Shown here: positions 50,635 through 61,221 of the stretch, one piece after another | How positions within the stretch are numbered: position 1 is the first letter of the stretch | How the letters are laid out: every line of letters starts with the position of its first letter | Origin: Mustelus asterias | Lineage: Eukaryota | Reading direction: 5' to 3' | DNA length: 64,000 nt | Assembly: GCF_964213995.1 (NCBI RefSeq) | Contig: NC_135804.1 | Span: forward strand, 59,024,001-59,088,000 | Notes under the pieces: model-generated | What the model saw: only the letters and a program-made list of their open reading frames with translations | What the model was told of the DNA's origin: nothing | The model's database searches: none | Program-made: the position numbers and the translations under genes

Positions 50635-50765
50635 ATGATGTGGAGATGCCGGCGTTGGACTGGGGTAAGCACAGTAAGAAGTCTCACAACACCAGGTTAA
50701 AGTCCAACAGGTTTATTTGGCAAAGAAACCTGTTGGACTTTAACCTGCTGTTGTGAGACTTCTTC
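50635..50765. mobile_element. Fold-back Penelope-like insertion (short arms)
   Basis: Same family, arms of ~40 bp, with an imperfect flanking duplication. Confidence 0.65.
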
Positions 50766-52289
50766 CTGGACTGGGATTACCAGCATTTCCCTTATTCAAA
50801 GGAACAGATATATGCAGATGCTCACATGGTAGGGTGATTAACTCTTTCGAAATAAAATAAGGTACTCTTTGACCATGTGGATTGGGGAGGGGGGGGTTTG
50901 ATCAGCACAAAAATACAGTGGATGGGGACAATGATGGGTGCATGGTCACAGAAGAAAACAAAGAGGCAAAGAGGATCTGCCCGAGGCTCAGTATTGCATA
51001 GTATGCCCCAGGGATATGGACAAAATGGATGCAGGATAAACAGTTAAAATATGGGGCAATCCCTTCAAATAAAGGACAGTGAGTTACTTTGTCTCAAAAT
51101 GGGATGGAGAAGTGAGACGTGGGCGATGGGGAGGAACAGGCGGGGATCTTGTTGGAGAGGCTTGGGGGATAAGGGGGCAGACCTTGTTGAGGTTGGGGAA
51201 GCTATGTGGAAAGGAAATTGCTGAGGGTGCCATTCCCCTGTCCTACCCCGGTCCAAGCATGGTGACGTGGCTGACATCACTCCTGTCTCAGGGCTCCACC
51301 TGCTAGCCTCAAAATTGGGAGTTGGTGGGAAATTTCCCTTAAATAGTCATTAAGTGCCCACTTAATGGTCTCAGTTGGAGCAAGGATGGATGGGCTGGCT
51401 TAGACCTCACACACATTTGTTAAATTGTGGACAGGTCAGGGCAACATCCTGGGAATGTTACGTGCCACCAGCACTTTCAAAATACGAAGAGGGGACCATG
51501 AAATTCTGCTCATGGATCTCATTCAAGTAAGAACGCTCATTTGTTACTTGTATAAATCTTTGTGTTCCAACATTGATGCCACTAGAGTTCGTGTAAAAGT
51601 CTTTATGCATAAGCTGTGTATAAACATTGGGATTGGTTTCCAGCTGCTGTTTCTCACATAGAAGTTGAAGGAAGCACCCCAAAGGTCACCGGATTCAATT
51701 TTCAGGTGGGCTTGTAAATGGGCGAGCGTGCTGTCTGCTTTCAATTGGAAGTTTCTTAACTATGGAAAATGATGTCCTGCATCAACCTGAAAATCTCAGT
51801 TGTGATTTTGTGATGCGGTTGGGTGTGTGGCATCACTCAAATTCCACATGCTTACGCTATGTGTTGAACCATCTATTGGAGGCCACTAAAAATGTGGTGA
51901 AGGAAATTTCTCATCTTTATTTTTGTAAGCCCAGGAAGAGTTTCCTGTACCCAAAATATTTTGTCCCTTGGCTGGCGATGTGAGTACCTCCCACTGGCTC
52001 CCTGGATTTACTCCACATCTTCCCAGGCCCCACATGCTTAATGCAGGAGCTGGCCGATTTCCTACGTTTTCTAACTGGCAAGTTGCTGTGAGATTAACCT
52101 TTGGTACCTGCAGCTCTCCACTGGCATCAAAATGAGGCTTCGGCATAAAGATTCTTGCCCTGTTTTGAGTGGAAGTTGAAGGTTCCTCCATTGCATTTCT
52201 AGTGGTTTCTTATCACATGGGTGTGCTTCACCTGCCTACCAATGACTGCTGATTTTGGTAGTGCTCCATTTTCTATTTATATTGCCCTA

Positions 52290-54650
52290 TTATTAACTGC
52301 CCTCTGAAACAGCCTAGCAAGCCATTCAGTCATATTAAACTGCTACAAAAAAAACAAGGGACGAAACTGGATGGACCACCCTGCATCGACCTAAGCACCA
52401 GAAGCAACCAGGGCAAACCCAGCCCTGTCAATCCTGCACAGTTCTCCTTACTAACATTTGGGGGCTTGTGCCAAAATTGGCAGAGCTCTCTTACTGACTA
52501 GTCAAACAATAGCCTGCCATTATCATAGTAACAGAATCATACCTCACAAAAAATGTCCCATCACCATTCCTGGGTATACCTGACCCACTGGCAGGACAGA
52601 CCCAGCAAGTATACAGTCAGTATACAGTCAGCAGGGAGTTGTCCTTGAGGGTCCTCAACATCAACTCTGGACCCCATGAAGTCTCATGGCACCAGGTCAC
52701 ACATGGGCAAGGAAACATTTTGCTGATTACCATGTACCACCCTCCCTCAGCTGATTAATCTGTATTCCTCCATGTTGAACAACACTTGGAGGAAACACGG
52801 AGGATGCCAAGAGCACAGAATGTACTCTGGGTGGGGTCTTCAATGTCCATTACAAAGAGTGGCTCGGTAATACCACTACAGACTGAGCTGGTTAATTCTT
52901 AAGGGACATGGCTGCTAGACTGGGTCTGCGGCAGGTAGTGAGGGAACTAATAAGAGAGAAAACATACTTGACCTCATCCTCACCAACGTGCCTGCTGCAG
53001 ATGCATCTGTCCATGTCAGTATCAGTAGCAGTGACAACTGTACTGTCCTTGCAGAGACAAAGTTCCATCTGCACATTGAGGATACCCTACATCGTGTTCT
53101 GTGGCACTACCACCTTGCTTCAAACAGATCTAGGAAGTCAACAGTGGGCATCCATGAGATGCTGTGGGCCATCAGCAGCAGCAAAATTGTACTCAACCAC
53201 AATTTGTAACCTCATGGGCCAGCATATATCCCACACTACTATTACCACCAAGCTAGGGGATTAACCCTGGTTCAATGAAAAGAATATGAGGGCATGCTAG
53301 GAGTAACACCAGGCATACCTAAAAATGAGGTGTCAACCTGGTGAAGCTGCAACACAGGACTACTTACATGCCAAATAGCATAAGCAGCAAGTATAGGCAT
53401 AGATAAGAAATTCCACAATCAATGGTCAGATCTAAACCCTGCAATCCTGCCAGATTCAGTTGTGCATTGTGGTGAACAATTAAACTACTCACTGGAGGAC
53501 GGGGCTCCACAAATAGCCTTATCCTCAATGATGGAGGAGCCCAGCACATCAGTGCAGAAGATATGGCTGGAGCATTTGCAACAATCTTCACTCAGAAGTG
53601 CTGAGTGAATGATCCATCTCAGCCTCCTCCAGACGTCCCCAGAATCACAGATGTCAGTCTTCAGCCAATTTAGTTTACTCCGTGAAATCAAGAAACGGCT
53701 GAAGGCACTCAGGTACTATTAAGAATATGGGCCCTGATAATATTCCTGCAATAGTCTTGCGCCCCAAAACTTGCCATGCCCCTAGCCAATCTGTTCCAGT
53801 ACAGCTGCAACACTAGCATCTACCCGGCAATGTGGAAAATTGGGGGCACTTTTGTAGACAAGAAACAGGACAAACCCAACCCAACCAATTACCACCTCAT
53901 CAGCTTACTCTTGATCATCCATAAAGTGATGGGAGGGGTCATAAACAGTGCTGTCAAGCAGCACTTGCTGAATAATAACTTGCTCATTGATGCTCAGTTA
54001 TGGTCCACCAGAGTCACTCAGCTTCTGACCTCATTACAACCTTGGTTCAAACATGGACAAAAGTGCTGAATTCCTGTGATGAGAGAGACTGCGTCAGAGA
54101 TAAAGGCAGGATTTGATTGAGTGTGGCATCAAGGAGCCCTAGCAAAAGTGAAGTCAACGGGAATCAGTGGGAAAAATGTCCACTGGTTGGAGTCATTCCC
54201 AGCACAAAAGAAGATAATTGTGGTGTTTGGAGATCAATCATCACAGCTCCGGGACATCATTAGGAGGAGTTTCTCAGGACAGTGTCTTAAACCCAAACAT
54301 CTTCCGATGATGCATCAGTGACCTTGTTTCCTTCATAAGGTTAGAAGATGTTTCCTGATGACTGCACAATATTCAGCATCATTTGCAATTCCTCAGATAA
54401 CAGTACATGTCCAAATGCAGCAAGCCTGGGCTATATCCAGGCTTGGGCTGACAAGTGGCAAGTACCATTTGCACCACACAAGTGCCAGGCAATGATCACC
54501 TCCAACAAGAGAGATTCAAACCATCGCCCCTTGACATTCAATGGCATTACCATTGCTGAATCCCCCACTGTCAGCATCCTGGGGGTTACCTTTGACTAGA
54601 AACTGAACTGGCCTAGTCCTATAAATATTATGGCTACAAGAGCGAATTTG
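52290..54650 (+). mobile_element. Non-LTR retrotransposon (APE endonuclease + RT remnants), family of 20695-22065
   Basis: Decayed ORF2 pieces: KKQDKPNPTNYHLISLL, MFPDDCTIFS and IQAWADKWQVPFAPHKCQAM. Confidence 0.82.
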
Positions 54651-54984
54651 AGATGCAGGCACCCTAGCCCCACAGGCTCTGCTCTGGTCCTTTCTATTGT
54701 GCGTCGTATCTTGCAAGAGAGATGGCAGGATGCCTGTGATTATGTACTGTTATGCTTGGGTGATGTTCATGCCATAGAAAGAAGCTAGTGGTTATGTGAA
54801 GGTATCAAGAGTTTGGTGTGAGACTGGCAGTATTACCAGGAGTGTGAAGATGGTGGAGTAACTGAGTATTAACCATGAGTTCTGAGTGCCAGAGAATGTT
54901 GCTGGGTGAGCGTTGAGGGTGTGGTGAATTGGCCAGCTTGAAAGGTTGATGCTGTGGTGGGTAGGAGATTTCATGGGAAGATCC

Positions 54985-55215
54985 ATTCACTGACCTTGAT
55001 CATCTGCACTGAGTTTTGTGGCACTGCTGCCAGGTCCTCAGGTCCAGTCATTGTGAATTGACCTCCCTGCTCACTGGCTCTCAATTGCTTCTTAGGCTGT
55101 GCCCTTAAAGGCCTCCTGGCCCCAAATGAAACCATGATCACGCTCTCCCTGTCCACCTCCACCACTAATTTCTCCAGCACTGCATCCATTGTCCTTGAAA
55201 TCTAGCTCTTCTCTG
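54985..55215 (-). mobile_element. Relic of a Harbinger-associated Myb/SANT-like ORF
   Basis: DAVLEKLVVEVDRE...GARRP and, in a shifted frame, RTWQQCHK. This matches the Myb/SANT-like motif RTW.QCRKK. Confidence 0.5.
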
Positions 55216-55676
55216 GTATTCTACTTCCTATTGTTTAAGTGCCAGCAATATTATTCAGTGCTGCTTCCCTTTAAGAGGAACATCATAAGAGCAGAGTGCT
55301 GACTCAACACATGATTTCAATGAAACACTGTCCAGCTGAGTGCATAGGCAACCGGCAGAATGTTGAAGCATGCTGAGCCCCATTGTTACATTCACGCTGA
55401 TGAAGAGCTGCCTGTCTCCAATGGAACTGGGGTGGGTAGGTCACAAATAATGACCCCCATGACCAAATCATGGGGCAAAAGAATTTTACTAAAAGCCAAA
55501 CAATTGGATATTAGTCGATTATGGTCCCAAAATCTTAGCCACAGCTATATAAATTTTATAAAGGAGATGCTAAGTGAGAGATGGTTATGTGATATTATCC
55601 TAGAATATTAACGGCATTGTCAATATGCACACTAAACCCATTTACAGTCAGTGGGCTAATAACATAATTCATGTAT

Positions 55677-56017
55677 GGTCGGCACGGCAGCACAGTGGTT
55701 AGCACTGCTGCTTCACAGCTCCAGGGACCTGGGTTCGATTCCCGGCTTGGGTCACTGTCTGTGTGGAGTTTGCACATTCTCCTCGTGTCTGCGTGGGTTT
55801 CCTCCGGGTGCTCCGGTTTCCTCCCACAGTCCAAAGATGTGCAGGTTCGGTTGATTGGCCATGCTAAAAATTGCCCCTTAGTGTCCTGGGGTGTGCAGGT
55901 TAGAGGGATTAGTGGGTAAATATGTAGGGATATGGGGGTAGGGCCTGGGTGGGATTGTGGTCGGTGCAGACTTGATGGGCCGAATGGCCTCCTTCTGCAC
56001 TGCAGGGTTTCTATGAT
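55677..56017 (+). mobile_element. tRNA-headed SINE (young)
   Basis: Highly similar to the copy at 15533-15877. Confidence 0.88.
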
Positions 56018-58347
56018 AACCTCTTCTATGATATATTAGACATCTTCAGCATAAGAAAAATTAAGAGACATTGAAAATCTCTCCTCTTCTCCATGGGAAA
56101 GCTGGTATGTAAGAATAAGATTCCATAGCATTACCTTACCTAAGTGGTCATTCTAAAGCTTGAATATGGATGGTTACAATCAAATTGAATCTCCATTATG
56201 GGTGGCATCATGGCCAATTCTTATCCTGTGCCACCTAAATTATTTGGGTAAATGGAAATGTATTGCTGTGTTGCATAGGTTGAAACGTATTTGTGTTGGA
56301 ACTCAACTAAACCACATGATTCTTGCCTGGGTCATTGTCTGAATATAGTAGCTTGAAGGGTTATGCAATTGAAAACAATAAGACATGAGAGATTGTGCAA
56401 CTGAACAATTGTAGGTCAGGAAATGAGTTTGCTGCTTCCTGTTGCTCAGAACCATAGATTAAGGGGTGCAAATATAATGAAGTATGTACCTAATATGTGT
56501 GTGAAACAAAATGTTGGTGATTATTTTAATGAAGACATGCATTGCATTGCAGGTCAACTTATGCATGAAGTGAATAGCATTATGCAATTCAAGATCAGCA
56601 ATCTAACTTGAATAATTGGAGTAGATATTAGAAGAAGGATATGATGCCCAATGTAATCACCCAACCTCTCTGATGGACAGAAAAATATTACAGTATCAGA
56701 TTATATATTTCAGGGTGAGATAGGAGTAGTGCTTGTTTTGAGATCAAGGTTTATACAGGAGTATAATGAACAACTGAATAAAAAACAATAGTATTGAACT
56801 TTCAGCCATACTCAAGGTAATTTTCTGCAGCTACAATAAGAATCTTTCAATTCTTGATTCTGCATACTGAACTTTAGATGTTCTATGTCGTATGTGCCTT
56901 TGCCTTCACAGAGTTGGATCCCACTACTATGATGCCGAACTGCAGGTGAATTATTATTTTTTTAGTCTTGGAATCACTGGCTAGGTCAACATTTAGTGCC
57001 CATCCCCAATTACTCTTGAGAAGGGGTCTGTGAGATGCCTTGAATGAACTCAAGAGTCGAGGACTGATCTCCCCTGATACACCTCAGTTCTTTTGAAATA
57101 CAGTCAGTTTCTGCCCTTGAAAAAGCAAAATATGGGTGCCACAGATGCTACTCTGCAGACACCTCCTACCAGCCCAGCACAGTCCCTTTGATAGTCATTG
57201 CAGATGACATCTATGTTTCCTTTTCGCTGTGGCAAACTTGACTACATTCTCTGTAGTGATGCTCAACCCTTTTGATATCATGAAGATTGATAAGATTGAT
57301 TGTGAGGCTAACAGTGGTTTCTGATATAGTAGAATAAATTGAACAGCAGCATCTCGGATCTATATATGTGCAGTTAAACATGAAAATCCAGAAGTTGCTG
57401 AACCAAGTTGCCTTGCCCTTCCACAAATGTTGCTACATCTATATTATGGCACAGTAGGAGGCAATTTGGCCTATTGAGTGTGTGCCGGCTCTGCACTGAG
57501 CAGTCCAATCGATTCCATTCCCTCACTCTATCCCTGTAGCTCTGTGAGTTTAGCTGTGAGAATTCTTCAATCTGATTTATTGAAGAGCCTTGCTGTTACT
57601 TTTCCTTGCTCACACTTGCTACAGATCTCTTGTCAAAGATGCTGGGTTGGATAAGACTCGTGGTGACAGCAAATTGGCATTCAAAATGATCTATGTGTAG
57701 CTGTAAGCATAGTGAATGGTGAATATTTTTCCTTCTGCACTGGCTATAAAATCCAGACCAAAGTGTAATCAAACTGGATTGTTTCTTTAAATCTTGGATG
57801 TTGAAACAATAACTGTGGGTTTGTTAGATTTAGGGCCTCACATCAAGGCAAAGGGCAATTTTTCCACAAAAGTTTTGCTTTTGAAAACTGACCACTTTGT
57901 CAAGTAAAAGTTTTGCATGAACAAATTAATAAGAAATGTGCTTTATATAAGAAGAGATCTCATGCCCCTTTCAACACTGTGAACAACTCCTTTTATCTGG
58001 CACACAAAGTAACATCATACCAATGTATAAAATTTCAAAATTGTCTCTAGCCTCGAAGCATCTGGACTTAAAAGAGATTTGACGTATCCAGGGCAATGTT
58101 TCCACAGGCGTGGATCATCGTCCACTTCCTAGGCTGGGTGGAGATTTAATATAACTGGTGAATATTATCAAACTATTGAATTGTGGGGGAGCATTCATTC
58201 TAATCGCTTAAACTTTCATGTGGTAAAATGAATTTCTTTTGTGATTAATACTTTGAAGCATGTCTTTCATTAAGACCAAACTAGGTATCAGTTCCTTGCG
58301 CACATGCTTTAATTTAGTGAAGTGATAGTATCTATTAAATTCCACAC

Positions 58348-58626
58348 AGGTGGCATGGTGACACAGTGGTTAGCACTGCTGCTTCACAGCGCCAGGAACC
58401 TGGATTCGATTCCCTGTCACTGTCTGTGTGGAGTTTGCACTTCCTCTCCGTGTCTGCGTGGGTTTCCTCTGGGTGCTCCGGTTTCTTTCCACAGTCTGAA
58501 AGATGTGCTGGTTAGGTGCATTGACCTGAACAGGTGCCGGAGTGTGGCGACTAGGGAATTTCAGTGACTTCATTACAGTGCTAATGTAAACCTTACTTGT
58601 GACGAATAAATAAATGAATAAACTTT
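58348..58626 (+). mobile_element. tRNA-headed SINE inserted in the Gypsy 3' LTR
   Basis: Head, core and tail as at 258-565. The duplicated ttaaattcc lies on both sides. Confidence 0.85.
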
Positions 58627-60766
58627 AAATTCCTCAGTACTGAGAGATCCCCTCATGAACAATTCCACAGCCAAGCATCAGGGAACACAGATCTTTATTG
58701 GAGTCGACCTGCTCCACACTCCAAATGACAACTGCCCTCTCAGGGTTTCCGGCTGGCTCACCCCACACCCCAGGTCACACAACCCGTATCCTTAAAGGGG
58801 TTAAGCCCCAACATACATAATACTCCTCCCCTCTAAAAAACAATACCCCCATAACAACAACTGAACCCATTGACATACAATTATACATTCTTCACCAAAT
58901 ACTTGGTGAAGAACCCCAATCTATTTACAACATGGTACAACTTATTGGTTAGCTCCCCAACCATATGTCCATCCTACATGACCAATCTGTCAGGGGGACA
59001 ACGACGATCCTGTGGGGTTTGTTTCCTGGGAACTGGAACTGGCCATAGGTTCCTCTCTGGTGATTGTGGTCTTGATGAAGCCACCAATGGGTGATCCTTC
59101 TTCCTGCATGCTATTCGTTGCCAATGTCAGCCCCCCAGTTCCTTCTGTGGACAGAGAAGCTATCGACTCCATGCCTCCCTCGCCTGGTACCTCCTCTGGT
59201 ATCACTCGGAATGCATCCAAATTTGTAGATGGGGTTCCCACCCCTTGATTCAGGCCATCTACAGTTGGTACAGATGTCGACACCAAACTAACTCGTCCCG
59301 AGTTTCCACTGTATAGCACACTGTCTTGGCAACAATTGCGGCCGAACCCACTCTCCCTGGAAGCATAGTTTCTGGCAAGTGCCAACTCGCTCTTCTGAAA
59401 TGCCCTCAGCTTGGCGTCGGCTTGACGGCCCATCTGGGCCTCCTGGTTCCTCTCCATGACTCATCTAGTCTCAACAGATCTCAGAGGTCAAACATTGTAT
59501 GCAATTATGTCCCAAACATCAATGCCGCTGGGAGAATTTGGTTGTTGCATTCTGGGTGTTCCTGTACTCATTCAAGAACTGTTTTAATCTTCGCATCAAT
59601 GACCTCTCCCCCCATGAAGTCTCCAAGGAGTGCTTAACAGACTGTACAAAATGCTCCGCTACCCATTCACCTTTGGGTGGTAGGTCGCAGACTTTACATG
59701 ACAAATTCCCTACAGTTCCATGTACTCCCCACGGTCCCACATGAACAGCAGTTCGTTGTCATTTACAACCTGGTCTGGATATATAAAAACCTATACAAAC
59801 ATGTCATTGAGCTTGTCAAGAGTCATTTCTGTGGTTGTCGATTTCATACATATCACTTCTGGCCACTTTGAGTGAGCGTTGATGACCATCAACAACATCT
59901 GGCCTTCTACTGGCTCCTCAAAATCTATGTGGACCCACTCATTAGCCCCTTTGGCCATAGCCATGCAGAAGACCACTTTCTCCTCAATGCAGACATTGAC
60001 TTGAGGCCACCACACATTACTGCAGGCCCTGTGTTTATCTGCGCCACCCCTGAGTGCCCTTGGTGCAATTGCTCCAACACTTTTCTCATCAAGAACGGGA
60101 GAATGAGGACTCGCATGCCCCACAACAAACAACCACCCTGCACTGACAATTCCCTTTGCCAGCTTAAATATGGCCTCAGTTCCGGATCCTTCAGTCGGCT
60201 TGACCTGCCCTTATGGACCAGGTCAATTACTTGACTCAGTATGAGATCCTTTCTTAATGGATGTTTCATGTTAGCAGCTTAATTGATACATTATCACCTT
60301 GTGAAATGTACATGATCTGGATAACCTCATCCAGGACCTCTTTGTGACAAGGCAACGACAGCCTTGATAATGCATCCGCATTTGTATGTTGATCCGACTA
60401 GCGATAACAGATTTCATACGGGTGACCTGCTAATATCAAGTTTGAAGTTTGTTTATTATTGTCACAAGCAGGTTTCCATTAACAATGAAGTTACTATGAA
60501 AACAATGTCCACCTCTGTACCTGTGCTGCAACCATAGATGGAATCCCTGAGTGAGGTCCCAAAATCTTGGTCAGCACTGTGTGATCTGTCAGTAAAACAA
60601 ACTTCCTGCCGTACAGGTATTGATGAAATTTGGTAACGCCAAAAATGATGCCCAGTGCCTCCTCTTTTTGCACATAATTCTCTTCCGCTTTAGAGAATGA
60701 CCTAGATGCAAATGCAAGGGGCCTCTCTTCTCCATTCGGCATCACATGGGATATCACAACTCCTAT

Positions 60767-61221
60767 TTACCAGGATGCTGCCTGGTTTGGAGGGTAGGTT
60801 TTATGAGGGAAAGTTGAGGGAGCTAGGGCTTTTCTCTTTAGAGCGGAGGAGGTTGAGAGGCGACTTAATAGAGGTTTATAAGATGATGAGGGGGATAGAT
60901 AGAGTGGACGTTCAGAGACTATTTCCTCGGGTGGATGTAACTGTTACTAGGGGGCATAACTATAAGGTTTGTGGTGGAAGATATAGGAGGGATGTACGAG
61001 GTAGGTTCTTTACTCAGAGCGGTTGGGGTGTGGAATGCACTGCCTGCTGTGATAGTGGAGTCGGACACCTTAGGAACTTTCAAGCGGTTATTGGATAGGC
61101 ACATGGAGCACACTAGAATGATAGGGAGTAGGATAGCCTGATCTTGGTTTCGAAAAGGTTCGGCACAACATCGTGGGCCGAAGGGCCTGTACTGTGCTGT
61201 ACTGTTCTATGTATGTTCTAT
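60767..61221 (+). mobile_element. CR1 3' fragment inserted in the Gypsy RNase H
   Basis: FTRMLPGLEG...RRLRGDLIEVYK, near-identical to the 6334-7179 subfamily. CTAT junction duplication. Removing it restores DASPDGIGVVISH. Confidence 0.92.

Noticed and set aside
1928-50765. Recurrent 'caacaccaggttaaagtccaacaggtttatttgg' repeats as a CRISPR-like array
   Set aside because: The copies are dispersed, inverted and TSD-flanked in a vertebrate genome, with no repeat-spacer periodicity.
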